A DNA stretch of 64,000 nt from positions 204,865 to 268,864 of the forward strand of contig CATZIT010000002.1 of NCBI GenBank assembly GCA_958420225.1, given 5' to 3'. Under the pieces are notes generated by a model. The model was not told the origin of the DNA, searched no databases, and saw nothing but the letters and a program-made list of their open reading frames with translations. The DNA is from an uncultured Roseburia sp. (lineage in GTDB: Bacteria; Bacillota; Clostridia; Lachnospirales; Lachnospiraceae). A program made the translations under genes and the position numbers. Below are positions 27,713 through 38,707 of this stretch, piece after piece (the first letter of the stretch is position 1; each line of letters opens with the position of its first letter).

Positions 27713-28891
27713 ATGGCAAAAAAGAAAGAAAACAACGAGAATTTGGGAGCAGCACAGAATACAAACGGTGCAGACCAGACACAGGAAAATTTCCGCGAGA
27801 AATTTCAGGAAAAATTAAAAGACCTGCAGGCGCTTGCAAAGAAAAAGAAAAATATGCTGGAATATCAGGAAATCAGCGATTTCTTTTCTGATATGCAGTT
27901 AAATGCGGAGCAGTTTGAAAGAATCTTAGATTTCCTTGAGGCAAACAACATCGATGTGCTCCGCATCACAGAGGATGACAGTGATGAGGATATCCTTTTA
28001 GATGTAGAGGACGAAGATGATGTGGAAGTGGAAAAGATTGACCTGTCTGTTCCGGACGGCGTTTCCATCGAAGACCCGGTTCGTATGTATTTAAAAGAAA
28101 TCGGAAAGGTTCCGCTCCTAAGCGCCGAGGAAGAGATTGAGCTTGCAAAACGTATGGAGTTAGGAGACCAGGAGGCAAAGAAGCGTCTTGCAGAGGCAAA
28201 CTTACGTCTTGTAGTCAGCATTGCAAAGCGTTATGTGGGACGTGGAATGTTATTCCTTGACCTCATTCAGGAAGGAAACTTAGGACTGATTAAGGCGGTA
28301 GAGAAATTTGATTACCGCAAGGGTTATAAGTTTTCCACCTATGCAACCTGGTGGATTCGTCAGGCAATCACGCGTGCCATCGCAGATCAGGCGCGTACCA
28401 TCCGTATCCCGGTTCATATGGTTGAAACTATCAACAAACTCATCCGCGTTTCCAGACAGTTATTACAGGAGTTAGGACGTGAACCCACTCCTGAGGAAAT
28501 CGCAGCAGAGATGAATATGCCGGTGGAGCGTGTCCGTGAAATCTTAAAGATTTCGCAGGAGCCGGTTTCTTTGGAGACCCCAATCGGTGAAGAGGAAGAC
28601 AGCCATTTAGGAGATTTCATCCAGGATGATAATGTTCCCGTACCGGCAGATGCAGCAGCATTTACCCTGTTAAAGGAACAGCTTGAGGAAGTGCTTGGAA
28701 CACTGACCGAGCGTGAGCAGAAGGTACTGACCTTACGTTTCGGACTCGAGGACGGACGTGCCAGAACCCTTGAAGAGGTAGGAAAAGAGTTTAATGTCAC
28801 ACGTGAGCGTATTCGTCAGATTGAGGCAAAGGCACTGCGCAAGCTGCGTCACCCGAGCAGAAGCCGCAAATTAAAGGATTATTTAGAGTAA
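27713..28891 (+). CDS. rpoD: RNA polymerase sigma factor RpoD/SigA
   Basis: Regions 2-4 (…[27 protein letters not shown]…; region 4.2 HTH). Confidence 0.95.
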   Translation: MAKKKENNENLGAAQNTNGADQTQENFREKFQEKLKDLQALAKKKKNMLEYQEISDFFSDMQLNAEQFERILDFLEANNIDVLRITEDDSDEDILLDVEDEDDVEVEKIDLSVPDGVSIEDPVRMYLKEIGKVPLLSAEEEIELAKRMELGDQEAKKRLAEANLRLVVSIAKRYVGRGMLFLDLIQEGNLGLIKAVEKFDYRKGYKFSTYATWWIRQAITRAIADQARTIRIPVHMVETINKLIRVSRQLLQELGREPTPEEIAAEMNMPVERVREILKISQEPVSLETPIGEEEDSHLGDFIQDDNVPVPADAAAFTLLKEQLEEVLGTLTEREQKVLTLRFGLEDGRARTLEEVGKEFNVTRERIRQIEAKALRKLRHPSRSRKLKDYLE

Positions 28892-29664
28892 TGTTAAAGA
28901 TATCAGAACGATTAAAGGCGGTAGCCGCAATGGTTCCGGAAGGAAGCGTGTTAGCCGATGTGGGGACGGATCACGGTTATGTTCCCATCTATCTGTTGGA
29001 ACAAAAGAAGATTCCACATGCGATTGCAATGGATATCAGAAGCGGCCCGTTAGCGCGTGCCAAGGAGCACATTGCGGATTACGGTATGGGGGACTACATA
29101 CAGACCCGCCTTTCGGACGGGGTGGCAGCGCTTGCGCCGGGGGAAGCGGATACGATATTGATTGCCGGAATGGGCGGAGGACTTGTGATGCACATCTTAA
29201 GAGAGGGAGAAGCAGTCTGCCACGCGGCAAAACATATCATACTACAACCACAGTCTGAACTTGCAAGAGTACGTGCCTGGCTCTGTCAGAGGGGGTATGT
29301 GACAGAGCTTGAGGACATGGTGGAGGAAGACGGCAAATATTATCCGATGCTTCGGGTGCACTACGAGGCAGACGGAGAGAGCAATGCTCTGACAGAGGAC
29401 GAAAAGCTCGATGCCTGGATAGAGGAAGTGGCAGAAGAAGAGCAGCTTGGATTTTATTATGGAAGCGGGCTGCTTGAAATGCACCATCCGGTATTGAAAA
29501 AATATCTGCTCTGGGAGGCAGAAATCTGCAGCTCCATTGAGAGCGGGCTAAAAAAACAGTCCGAATCGGAGCGTATCAGTGCAAGAAGCAGAGAACTTGT
29601 GCGGCAGAAAGCGCGCAACAGGGAAGCTCTGCGAAGAATGGAGATGGAAGAAAGTGATGAATGA
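28891..29664 (+). CDS. trmK: tRNA (adenine22-N1)-methyltransferase
   Basis: N-terminus LKISERLKAVAAMVPEGSVLADVGTDHGYVPIYL matches TrmK/YqfN; conserved position after sigA. Confidence 0.8.
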   Translation: MLKISERLKAVAAMVPEGSVLADVGTDHGYVPIYLLEQKKIPHAIAMDIRSGPLARAKEHIADYGMGDYIQTRLSDGVAALAPGEADTILIAGMGGGLVMHILREGEAVCHAAKHIILQPQSELARVRAWLCQRGYVTELEDMVEEDGKYYPMLRVHYEADGESNALTEDEKLDAWIEEVAEEEQLGFYYGSGLLEMHHPVLKKYLLWEAEICSSIESGLKKQSESERISARSRELVRQKARNREALRRMEMEESDE

Positions 29665-31339
29665 AAAAATGGTCACATTAGAGATTGGCGGGGAAAAGAA
29701 GCAATATCCTTTTGGAACCAGTTTTGAGAAGATTGCAGCAGAGTATCAGAAACAGCAGAAGGACGAGATTGTGCTGGTGCTCTACAACAATCGTCTGCGG
29801 GAACTGAATAAAAAGGCGGAAAAAGACGGAACGCTTACCTTTATCACGGCGGCGGACAACACCGGAAAGAAAACCTACCGGAGAAGTGCGACGCTTCTGA
29901 TGCAGAAGGCGGTCTTTAATCTTTGGGGAGATGCACATATTTCTGTGCGTGTGATGTATTCGATTTCCCAGAGCTACTACTGCGAACTGATTCGCAGGGA
30001 AGAAGGAAAGCAGGAAACCGTTCCATTTGACGAGAATAAGGCGAAAGAGTTAAAAGAAGAGATGGACCGTCTGGTTGCCGCAGATATTCCGATTGAAAAG
30101 TGGAACATGAATACGGATGATGCCATTGTCCTTTTTAAGGAGCTTGGAATGAGCGATAAGGAAAAATTATTCCGTTACAGAAGAAGCTCCCGGGTGAATC
30201 TTTATGTGCTTGACCATTATAAGGACTATTTTTACGGATTTATGGTTCCGTCGACCGGTTATCTGCGTGCCTATGACATCAAGCCTTACGAAGACGGCTT
30301 TGTACTGCTGTTTCCTGGAAAAGATACGAACGAGGTGGCACCGTTTGAACCGTCCGGTAAGCTGTTTTACACCTTAAAGCGCTCAAGAGAATGGGGAAAA
30401 ATGCTTGAGATTGACACCGTCGGCGCTTTAAATGATGCGATTACGGCGGGCAGGACGCAGGATATTATCCTGACACAGGAAGCATTATTTGAGGAGCAGA
30501 TTGGTAATCTTGCGGATGAGATTTTAAAGAGCGGCAAAAAGAAGTTTGTCATGATTGCGGGACCGTCTTCTTCCGGAAAGACCACTTTTTCTCACAGGCT
30601 TTCCATCCAGCTCACGGCAAAGGGATTAAAACCACACCCGTTTCCACTCGATGATTACTACATCGACCGTGCCAGATGTCCGCGTGATGAGAATGGCGAA
30701 TTGGATTTAGAGTGCCTTGAAGCACTGGATGTGGAGCTTTTCAACCACGATATGAATGAGCTTCTGGCAGGAAAAAGAGTGAATCTTCCGATTTTTAATT
30801 TTAAGACCGGAAAGCGCGAGTATAAGGACAAATATATGCAGCTTGGACCGGACGATGTGCTGGTAATCGAAGGAATCCATGGACTTAATGACAAGCTTTC
30901 CTATTCCCTTCCGGTGGAAAGCAAGTACAAGATTTATATCAGTGCGCTGACCCAGCTCAATATTGATGAGCATAACTGTCTGCCTACCACGGACGGCAGA
31001 CTGTTACGACGCATCGTAAGGGATGCGAGAACAAGAGGTGCAAGCGCAAAAGATACGATTGCGATGTGGGATTCTGTCCGCCGCGGAGAGGAAAAATATA
31101 TTTTCCCCTTCCAGGAGGGGGCAGATGCAATGTTTAATTCCGCACTGATATACGAGCTGGCGGTTTTAAAGCTTTATGCGGAGCCGTTATTGTTTGCAAT
31201 CGACCGGGACAGCGAGGAATACCTGGAAGCAAAACGACTTTTGAAGTTTCTTGACTATTTCCTTCCGATGCCCGGAGATATGATTGGGCAGAACTCGATT
31301 TTACGGGAGTTTATCGGAGGGTCCTGCTTTAACGTATAA
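29657..31339 (+). CDS. TGS-like N-terminal domain fused to a P-loop nucleoside/uridine-kinase-like domain
   Basis: Walker A GPSSSGKTT; start overlaps the trmK stop (ATGAATGA). Confidence 0.6.
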   Translation: MNEKMVTLEIGGEKKQYPFGTSFEKIAAEYQKQQKDEIVLVLYNNRLRELNKKAEKDGTLTFITAADNTGKKTYRRSATLLMQKAVFNLWGDAHISVRVMYSISQSYYCELIRREEGKQETVPFDENKAKELKEEMDRLVAADIPIEKWNMNTDDAIVLFKELGMSDKEKLFRYRRSSRVNLYVLDHYKDYFYGFMVPSTGYLRAYDIKPYEDGFVLLFPGKDTNEVAPFEPSGKLFYTLKRSREWGKMLEIDTVGALNDAITAGRTQDIILTQEALFEEQIGNLADEILKSGKKKFVMIAGPSSSGKTTFSHRLSIQLTAKGLKPHPFPLDDYYIDRARCPRDENGELDLECLEALDVELFNHDMNELLAGKRVNLPIFNFKTGKREYKDKYMQLGPDDVLVIEGIHGLNDKLSYSLPVESKYKIYISALTQLNIDEHNCLPTTDGRLLRRIVRDARTRGASAKDTIAMWDSVRRGEEKYIFPFQEGADAMFNSALIYELAVLKLYAEPLLFAIDRDSEEYLEAKRLLKFLDYFLPMPGDMIGQNSILREFIGGSCFNV

Positions 31340-31394
31340 AATTTTCTTGCAGAAAAGCACGTTATGCGGTATAGTTAGGTACAGATTTTGAAAA

Positions 31395-31765
31395 TAAGTA
31401 AGACAAATGATCGCGGCCCGGTTCCGGTAACGGTTTCCGGGGTGAGGAAAGTCCGGGCTTCACAGGGCAGGATGCCGGATAACGTCCGGTGGAGGCGACT
31501 CCAAGGATAGTGCAACAGAAATGTACCGCCAGTTCTGACGATGTCAGAACTGGTAAGGGTGGAAGGGCAGTGTAAGAGACTACCGCCTCACTGGTAACAG
31601 GGAGGGCATATGTAAACCCCATCCGAAGCAAGACCGAATCAAAGCGTTTACGTGGCCCGCCAGCTTTAGGTAGGTTGCTTGAGGTGGCTGGCGACAGTCA
31701 TCCTAGATAGATGATCATTCTCCCGCCTTTGGCGGGACGACATAACCCGGCTTATCGTCTTGCTT
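31395..31765 (+). ncRNA. rnpB: RNase P RNA (bacterial type B)
   Basis: Universally conserved GAGGAAAGTCCGGGC (31444-31458), ACAGAAATGTACCGCC, and a 3' region AGATAGATGAT…CGCC similar to Bacillus rnpB. Confidence 0.8.
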
Positions 31766-31865
31766 ATTTCTCAAAAATCTTATTGAAATCTAAAATGTTT
31801 ATTAAAAGAGAATAGATTGGTTGACAGTCTTTCCTGCAAAGGATTAACATAGTCACATGGACAAA

Positions 31866-31900
31866 AACGGTGCCATATTTCATGGTACCGTTTTTATACA
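31866..31900 (+). terminator. hairpin ACGGTGCCATAT…CATGGTACCGT followed by a T-run
   Basis: Read directly. Confidence 0.5.
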
Positions 31901-31921
31901 ATAGGAAAGGTCGTGTAAACC

Positions 31922-32317
31922 ATGAGAGAAAAATTTCAGAGATTTATGGCAGGGCGTTACGGTGTGGATGAACTGTCGAAGTTTTTAAACATTGTACTGC
32001 TGGTACTGTTAGTACTGTCTATCTTTATCCGGTCAGGAATCTTATATCTGTTAGCGCTTGGAATCCTTATCTATTCGTATTTTCGAATGTTTTCCAGGAA
32101 CATTTCAAAGCGTTACGAGGAAAATCAGAAGTTTGTGAATTTCCGTTACCGGAATGTGGTAAAATGGAACAATTTTAAGAAACGTTTTGCCCAGAGGAAA
32201 GAATACCGTTTTTATCACTGCCCGCAGTGCAAACAGACGGTGCGTGTTCCAAGGGGAAGAGGGAAAATCTGTATCACCTGTCCGAAATGCCGGACGGAAT
32301 TTGTGAAAAAGAGCTGA
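31922..32317 (+). CDS. small membrane protein with a C-terminal zinc ribbon (CPQC…CPKC)
   Basis: Two hydrophobic helices plus CxxC-x17-CxxC. Confidence 0.55.
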   Translation: MREKFQRFMAGRYGVDELSKFLNIVLLVLLVLSIFIRSGILYLLALGILIYSYFRMFSRNISKRYEENQKFVNFRYRNVVKWNNFKKRFAQRKEYRFYHCPQCKQTVRVPRGRGKICITCPKCRTEFVKKS

Positions 32318-32335
32318 TAAAGGGGATTCGTTCTT

Positions 32336-33190
32336 GTGTTTGGATATATTAATATCAATCAAAAGGAATTGACGGAAGAAAACAAAAAAGCGTATCAGGC
32401 ATATTATTGTGGACTTTGCCGCAGATTAAAGGCCAGCTGCGGGGCAAAGGGACAGATGCTTTTGAATTACGATATGACGTTTTTGGTTGTTCTTCTGACC
32501 GGACTTTATGAACTGGAAAATACAAAAGAAGATTTTACCTGTGCCCTTCATCCGGCAAAGAAACGGGAAGCATGGATAAACGAGGCGACCGATTATGCGG
32601 CGGATATGAATCTGGTGCTCGCCTACCACAATCTGTTAGATGACTGGAGAGATGACAAGGCATATGTAAAAAAAGCATTTGTCAAAATATTGGATAAGGA
32701 TTATACTCGTATCATGTCACGTTATCCAAGACAGGTCAAAGCGGTGGAAGAGTATATGCGAAAGACAGAGGAGGCGGAAAAGGCGCAGGAGACAAACCTG
32801 GATGTCATTTCCGGTTATACCGGTGAGATGCTCGGAGAGATTTTCTGCTGGAAAGAAGACGAATGGGCCAATGAACTTCGGACTTTGGGATTTTATATGG
32901 GCAAGTTCATTTATCTGATGGATGCCTGTGAGGACTACGAGGACGACGTCAAAAAGAAACATTATAATCCACTGATATATGTAGAAAAAGGCAGCGACCA
33001 GGACTTCGATACTTTGTGCAGACTGTTACTTACAAGTATGGTGTCGGAATGTGCCAAATCGTTTGAGAGACTTCCGATTCTGCTTCACGCAGATATCCTT
33101 CGGAATATTCTCTATTCGGGCGTCTGGTCAAAATATGAATTTTTACAGTTAAAGAAGCGCAGACAGGAAGAGAAGGCAAAAAAGAAATAG
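32336..33190 (+). CDS. hypothetical protein (284 aa)
   Basis: GTG start; tightly linked to its neighbours. Confidence 0.5.
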   Translation: MFGYININQKELTEENKKAYQAYYCGLCRRLKASCGAKGQMLLNYDMTFLVVLLTGLYELENTKEDFTCALHPAKKREAWINEATDYAADMNLVLAYHNLLDDWRDDKAYVKKAFVKILDKDYTRIMSRYPRQVKAVEEYMRKTEEAEKAQETNLDVISGYTGEMLGEIFCWKEDEWANELRTLGFYMGKFIYLMDACEDYEDDVKKKHYNPLIYVEKGSDQDFDTLCRLLLTSMVSECAKSFERLPILLHADILRNILYSGVWSKYEFLQLKKRRQEEKAKKK

Positions 33191-33214
33191 CGCTGGAAAG
33201 GCAAAAGGAGCAGT

Positions 33215-33862
33215 ATGACAGATCCGTATCAGGTGCTTGGGGTATCGAGAGGTGCCTCAGATGAAGAAATAAAAAAAGCATATCGGAACTTAAGCCGGAA
33301 ATATCATCCGGATGCCAATATCAACAATCCTAACAAAGCACAGGCAGAGGAAAAGTTTAAAGAAGTACAGCAGGCGTATGACCAGATTATGAAGGAAAAA
33401 CAGCAGGGCGGCGCGTTTAGCGGCGGATATGGCTATAACACCGCTGGTGGAGGTGCCGGTGGTTACGGTTACGGCGGAAACAGAAGCTATAGCGGTACCG
33501 CAGATTCCCCACAGCTTACGGCGGCTGCAAATTACATTGCAAACCACTGCTATGCAGAGGCACTCAATGTCTTAAATGGCATCCCGTTTGGGGACAGAAA
33601 GGCGCGTTGGTATTATTACAGTGCGCTGGCAAATCAGGGCGCCGGAAACAATCTGATGGCAAGAGAGCACGCAGCGCGTGCGGTGGAGATGGAGCCAAGC
33701 AACTTGGAATACCGTCAGTTCTTGCAGCATCTGGAATATGGCGGAACCTGGTACAGCAATATGGGAAGCAGTTATGAGAGACCGTATCAGAGCGCAGGAA
33801 ATCTGTGTCTGAATCTGTGCCTTTTAAATATGCTCTGCAACTGCTGCTGCCGTCCATTTTAA
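33215..33862 (+). CDS. J-domain (DnaJ-like) protein with a Gly/Tyr-rich linker and a Cys-rich C-terminal tail
   Basis: J-domain [29 protein letters not shown]; tail …[18 protein letters not shown]. Confidence 0.7.
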   Translation: MTDPYQVLGVSRGASDEEIKKAYRNLSRKYHPDANINNPNKAQAEEKFKEVQQAYDQIMKEKQQGGAFSGGYGYNTAGGGAGGYGYGGNRSYSGTADSPQLTAAANYIANHCYAEALNVLNGIPFGDRKARWYYYSALANQGAGNNLMAREHAARAVEMEPSNLEYRQFLQHLEYGGTWYSNMGSSYERPYQSAGNLCLNLCLLNMLCNCCCRPF

Positions 33863-33972
33863 AAGTTATAGAGTAAATAAAAAAGATGGCTCGTAAACAA
33901 TTTACTGTTTGCGGGTCATCTTTTTTTGCGGGAAGATATCCCATTGCCGGCACAGCCGGACAATTATCATTA

Positions 33973-34410
33973 TTATCTGCGGTTTGGATTGGTGTATTTC
34001 TCTTCGCAGTATTTGCAGCGGTAGACTTCTTTCTCCGGGTCAGTCAGTAGGAAAATCTGGTCAAGACCCTGTTCTACAGAAGTAATGCAACGCGGGTTCT
34101 TACATTTGATAACATTTTTGACCTGCTTTGGAAGCTGTAATTTTTTCTTCTCGACTTTCTTGTCATCCTTGATGACATTGACGGTGATATTGTGGTCGAT
34201 GAATCCTAAGATGTCTAAATCTAAGGCCTCCACCGGACATTCTACCTTTAAAATATCCTTTTTGCCCATCTTATTGCTCTTGGCGTTCTTGATGATGGCA
34301 ACGGTGCAGTCTAACTGGTCTAATTTCAAATCGTGGTAAATCTGTAAGCTCATACCCGGCTGGATATGATCTAATACAAAACCTTCATGGATTCCACTGA
34401 TATTTAACAT
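33973..34410 (-). CDS. pyrI: aspartate carbamoyltransferase regulatory subunit
   Basis: Zn-binding CxxC…CxxC (CKNPRC…CKYC). Confidence 0.85.
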   Translation of the reverse strand: MLNISGIHEGFVLDHIQPGMSLQIYHDLKLDQLDCTVAIIKNAKSNKMGKKDILKVECPVEALDLDILGFIDHNITVNVIKDDKKVEKKKLQLPKQVKNVIKCKNPRCITSVEQGLDQIFLLTDPEKEVYRCKYCEEKYTNPNRR

Positions 34411-34419
34411 AAGTTCCTC

Positions 34420-35340
34420 CTAATCTACGGTGATGTCAAGCAGTGTAAGAATTAACGCCATGCGCACATAAACACCGTACTGTGCCTGTTTGAAGTAAGC
34501 TGCTCTCGGGTCGTCATCGACCTCCACGGAAATCTCATTGACACGCGGCAGAGGATGAAGGACTAACATATCTTCTTTTGCAAGCTCCATCTGAGCCTTG
34601 GTGAGAATATAGTAGTTTTTCAGACGTACGTAATCTTCTTCGTTGAAGAAACGTTCTTTCTGGACACGAGTCATATAAAGGATATCAAGGTCCGGCATTG
34701 CCTCGTCTAAGCGTTCTACCTCGGTAAACGGAATATTATTCGCATTTAACACATCCTCGCGGATATAGCTTGGAATACGAAGTTCTTCCGGGGAAATCAG
34801 AATAAAACGGATATTCGGATAACGGATTAACGCATTGATGAGAGAGTGGACGGTACGACCGAATTTTAAATCTCCGCAGAGACCAATCGTCATGTTGTCA
34901 AGATGTCCTTTTAAGGAACGAATCGTAAGAAGGTCGGTTAAAGTCTGGGTTGGATGCTGATGACCACCATCACCGGCATTGATGACTGGAATCTGGGATT
35001 TCTGGGAAGCTACGAGAGCAGCGCCTTCCTTTGGATGACGTATAGCACAGATATCTGCATAACAGGAAATGATGCGAAGCGTATCAGAAACACTTTCTCC
35101 TTTCGCTGCGGAAGAGGAGTCAGCACTGGAAAAACCTAAAACAGAACCACCAAGATTTAACATGGCAGCTTCAAAACTGAGTCGTGTGCGGGTACTCGGT
35201 TCGTAGAAACAGGTTGCAAGTTTTTTCCCATCACAGGCGTGTGCATATTTTTGTGGGTACTTCTCGATATCATTGGCAAGGGTCAAAAGCCTGTCCAATT
35301 CATCGACGGAGAAGTCCAATGGGCTCATTAGATGACGCAT
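34420..35340 (-). CDS. pyrB: aspartate carbamoyltransferase catalytic subunit
   Basis: STRTR carbamoyl-phosphate-binding motif; HPLP. Confidence 0.9.
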   Translation of the reverse strand: MRHLMSPLDFSVDELDRLLTLANDIEKYPQKYAHACDGKKLATCFYEPSTRTRLSFEAAMLNLGGSVLGFSSADSSSAAKGESVSDTLRIISCYADICAIRHPKEGAALVASQKSQIPVINAGDGGHQHPTQTLTDLLTIRSLKGHLDNMTIGLCGDLKFGRTVHSLINALIRYPNIRFILISPEELRIPSYIREDVLNANNIPFTEVERLDEAMPDLDILYMTRVQKERFFNEEDYVRLKNYYILTKAQMELAKEDMLVLHPLPRVNEISVEVDDDPRAAYFKQAQYGVYVRMALILTLLDITVD

Positions 35341-35564
35341 ATTAATCCTCCTTATAAATATAGTCTTGATTATTAGTTGGAAGCCTTATGTCTTCCAGGC
35401 ATTTTTACCATCATATAATAATAAATGGGCGATTTCAATAGGAAAATTATTTACGTTATATTAGTGCAAAATCCACTAATTTTCAGATATTTTGTTGCAG
35501 ATTAGCAGGATGTGCGGTAAAATGGCAGAAGCGAAATAGAAGTTGCCGGAAAGGAGTTTTACAA

Positions 35565-35966
35565 GTGGCTGAAGAAAAAAATACATTTGGATCAGAAAAT
35601 GAAATCAAGTACCAGGAGAGGAAGCGGATTCTGTTTTTCGGGCTTCCATGGACCTTTACCAGATACACGATTGCACCGGATTGTATCACGGTAAATGAGG
35701 GTCTATTAAAGATTGAGGAAAATGACTGCTATATGTATAAGGTGCAGGATGTGAAGCTGACTGCTACCCTGGCAGAGCGAATCGTGGGAGTTGGCACGAT
35801 TACCTGCTACACCGGAGATGTAACGAACCAGGAACTGCGTCTGGTGCACATCAAGCACGCAAGAGAAATCAAGAATTATCTGCTGAAGGCTTCCGAGGAG
35901 GCGAGAATCCGCCACCGCACCTTAAGTATGCAAAATGTCGGTGCGGATATTGACGGAATCGACTAA
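35565..35966 (+). CDS. bacterial PH-domain (bPH_2/YdbT-like) protein
   Basis: GTG start; …LFFGLPWTF…TIAPDCITVNEGLLK pattern. Confidence 0.5.
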   Translation: MAEEKNTFGSENEIKYQERKRILFFGLPWTFTRYTIAPDCITVNEGLLKIEENDCYMYKVQDVKLTATLAERIVGVGTITCYTGDVTNQELRLVHIKHAREIKNYLLKASEEARIRHRTLSMQNVGADIDGID

Positions 35967-36358
35967 GAGACATCAGTCTGCCTTAGAATCCGCTCAAAAA
36001 GCAGCCCGGCTGCCATCCATAAAGGTGCATAATCCAAACGGATGACACCATTGATATTTGTTTTTGCATCACTGTAGTCCCAGGGACACAGGTGAAGCTT
36101 TTTGAGCAGGGAGCCGGTCAGATATTCGAAGGAAAAGATAGCAAGCGTATAGACACTGCCCCGGAAAAGTGTGGATTTTCCTTTTATTTTCTGGTACACT
36201 GGTGCAATCAGTGCAGCCATTCCATAGATGGGAAACATCCAGACGGATGTGTGACCAATCATCCTGCCATCATGGTGCAGCAGGGAGCCTGCGGAGGTGA
36301 ACAGAATTTCCATACACCATCCGGTGAGACCGCAGATTGCGAATTTTTTTGCTTTCAT
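35963..36358 (-). CDS. small polytopic membrane protein (putative ABC-transporter type IV/DUF1113-like, CPWDYS motif)
   Basis: Four TM segments; CPWDY motif. Confidence 0.45.
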   Translation of the reverse strand: MKAKKFAICGLTGWCMEILFTSAGSLLHHDGRMIGHTSVWMFPIYGMAALIAPVYQKIKGKSTLFRGSVYTLAIFSFEYLTGSLLKKLHLCPWDYSDAKTNINGVIRLDYAPLWMAAGLLFERILRQTDVS

Positions 36359-36457
36359 AGCGCATCCTCCTCTGAAAAAAGAGTAAGAGTATCAGGGATA
36401 GTTTTCCATGGAAGACGGAAGAATATGCACGGAAGGAAAGAAAAATGAGGTGAATCA

Positions 36458-38689
36458 ATGGCGGAATATGCAAATGTCATTGTGGATATTTCCCATGAAA
36501 AACTGGATAAGACATTTCAATACCGGATACCGGAGCACCTGAAAGAGCAGATATCCATTGGAGTGCAGGTGAATATTCCGTTTGGAAACCGTAAACTTAC
36601 GGGATATGTAGTGGATTTATCAGACATTCCGGAGTACGAGCCGGAAAAAACAAAGGAATTGCTTTCCATTGTGGAGGGCAGCATCCCGATTGAAGCCCAG
36701 ATGATTGCGCTTGCGGCGTGGATGCGCAGAAATTACGGCGGTACGATGAATCATGCACTAAAGACCGTCATTCCCATCAAGGAGAAGAAGACGCACAAGG
36801 AACAGAAGACCGTGCGGCTTGCAGTGCATCCGATGGAAGCAAAAAATCTGCTTGGCGAGTACCAAAGGAAGCACAGCACAGCGCGCGCAAGACTTCTTGC
36901 TGCGCTCTTAGAGCAGGGAGCGCTTGACTGGAATCTGATTACCGGAAAACTTCAGGTGTCGGGAAGCGTTATCCGCGCATTGGAAGAACAGGGCATTGTT
37001 AAGATATTGTCAAAGACGTATTACCGCAATCCGGTGGAGCACCTAAAACAGAGCGGGACGCAAAAGGTGTTAAACGAAGAACAGCGCTATGCGGTGGAGA
37101 AAATCTTAACAGGGCTTTCGGAGGAACATCCTAAGCCATGGCTTCTAAAGGGGGTCACCGGAAGCGGCAAGACAGAAGTTTATATGGAATTAATTGCAGC
37201 GGTGGTTGCAAAGGGGCAGCAGGCAATTGTACTGATTCCGGAAATTGCGCTTACCTTTCAGACTGTGATGAGGTTTTACGACCGGTTTGGCGACCGGGTT
37301 TCTATCATGAATTCAAGGCTTTCGCCCGGAGAACGCTACGATCAGTTTGAACGCGCTAAAAAGGGAGAACTCGACATCATGATTGGACCCCGGTCAGCGC
37401 TTTTTACTCCCTTTCCCAATCTTGGGCTGATTATCATCGATGAGGAACACGAAACCTCCTACAAAAGCGAGACGGTTCCGAGATATCATGCCAGGGAAAC
37501 TGCAATTGAGCGTGCAAAGATGGCGGGGGCGGGTGTTGTATTAGGTTCGGCAACCCCTTCCGTGGACAGTTACTATGCGGCACAAAACGGTGAATATGAG
37601 CTTTTAGAGTTAAAGCACCGGGTAAAGAGCCGTCCGCTGCCGGAGTGTGTGGTTGTGGATTTGCGGGAAGAACTAAAGGCGGGCAACCGTTCCATCTTAA
37701 GCAGGCATCTTCAGCAGAAAATGGAGGAGCGATTAAAAAAAGGCGAGCAGACCATGCTATTTATAAACCGCAGGGGGCTTGCGGGTTTTATCTCTTGCAG
37801 AGCCTGCGGTCATGTGATAAAATGTCCGCATTGTGATGTATCATTAAGCCAGCATACAGGTGGGCGGATGGTGTGTCATTACTGCGGCTATGAGGAGCCG
37901 GTTCCTGCGGTCTGTCCGGCGTGCGGTTCCAAGTACATCGGAGGCTTTAAAGCCGGAACGGAGCGCATTGAACAGGTCGTGCGTGCACGGTTTCCATCGG
38001 CGAGGGTCCTTCGAATGGATTACGATACGACGCGAAGCAAGGAAAGCTACGAGCAGATTCTTTCTGCATTCGGAAACGGCGAGGCAGATATTCTGATTGG
38101 AACACAGATGATTGTAAAAGGTCATGATTTTCCGAATGTGACACTGGTAGGGGTTCTTGCAGCGGATATGTCACTTCATGTGAGCGATTATCACAGCGCG
38201 GAGCGGACCTTTGAACTTTTGACACAGGCTGCCGGAAGAGCCGGGCGCGGAACGCTTGCAGGCGAAGTGGTCATCCAGACCTATGACCCGGCACATTACA
38301 GCATTGTCACCGCACAGAAACAGGATTACGAAGCCTTTTATGAGAAAGAAATTGCATACCGCACACTGCTTCGGTATCCGCCGGTGTGGAACCTGTTAGT
38401 CATTTTGTGTGCGGCAAAGGAAGAATGTCTTGCGGCATCTGCGGCAGAACAGCTAAAGCAGCTTTTGACAGAGCATATGGCAGAAGAACGACAATTATCG
38501 TTAATTGGACCTGCGGACGCGGCGATTGCGAAGGTAAATGATATTTATAAAAAAGTTCTTTATCTGAAAGCGCCACATTATGAGACGTTAGTGCACTTAA
38601 AAGATGTGTCAGAGCAGTTTTTACAGGACAACGGGGCACTAAAAGATGTGACGGTTCAGTTTGATTTTAATCCGGTAAACGGATTTTAA
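36458..38689 (+). CDS. priA: primosomal protein N'
   Basis: Walker A GVTGSGKTEVY, DEAH-like IIDEEHE, Cys4 zinc-binding region. Confidence 0.95.
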   Translation: MAEYANVIVDISHEKLDKTFQYRIPEHLKEQISIGVQVNIPFGNRKLTGYVVDLSDIPEYEPEKTKELLSIVEGSIPIEAQMIALAAWMRRNYGGTMNHALKTVIPIKEKKTHKEQKTVRLAVHPMEAKNLLGEYQRKHSTARARLLAALLEQGALDWNLITGKLQVSGSVIRALEEQGIVKILSKTYYRNPVEHLKQSGTQKVLNEEQRYAVEKILTGLSEEHPKPWLLKGVTGSGKTEVYMELIAAVVAKGQQAIVLIPEIALTFQTVMRFYDRFGDRVSIMNSRLSPGERYDQFERAKKGELDIMIGPRSALFTPFPNLGLIIIDEEHETSYKSETVPRYHARETAIERAKMAGAGVVLGSATPSVDSYYAAQNGEYELLELKHRVKSRPLPECVVVDLREELKAGNRSILSRHLQQKMEERLKKGEQTMLFINRRGLAGFISCRACGHVIKCPHCDVSLSQHTGGRMVCHYCGYEEPVPAVCPACGSKYIGGFKAGTERIEQVVRARFPSARVLRMDYDTTRSKESYEQILSAFGNGEADILIGTQMIVKGHDFPNVTLVGVLAADMSLHVSDYHSAERTFELLTQAAGRAGRGTLAGEVVIQTYDPAHYSIVTAQKQDYEAFYEKEIAYRTLLRYPPVWNLLVILCAAKEECLAASAAEQLKQLLTEHMAEERQLSLIGPADAAIAKVNDIYKKVLYLKAPHYETLVHLKDVSEQFLQDNGALKDVTVQFDFNPVNGF

Positions 38690-38707
38690 ATGTAAGGAGG
38701 AAACACG

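Noticed and set aside
27703-27891. 62-aa ORF overlapping the rpoD start in another frame
   Set aside because: It lies entirely within the well-supported sigA coding region and has no RBS. It reflects the lysine/AT-rich composition of the sigA N-terminus.
35341-35560. Possible PyrR-binding attenuator upstream of pyrB
   Set aside because: A GGAAG…CTTCC hairpin is present, but the conserved PyrR loop (UCCAGAGAGGCU) is absent. There is no pyrR gene nearby.
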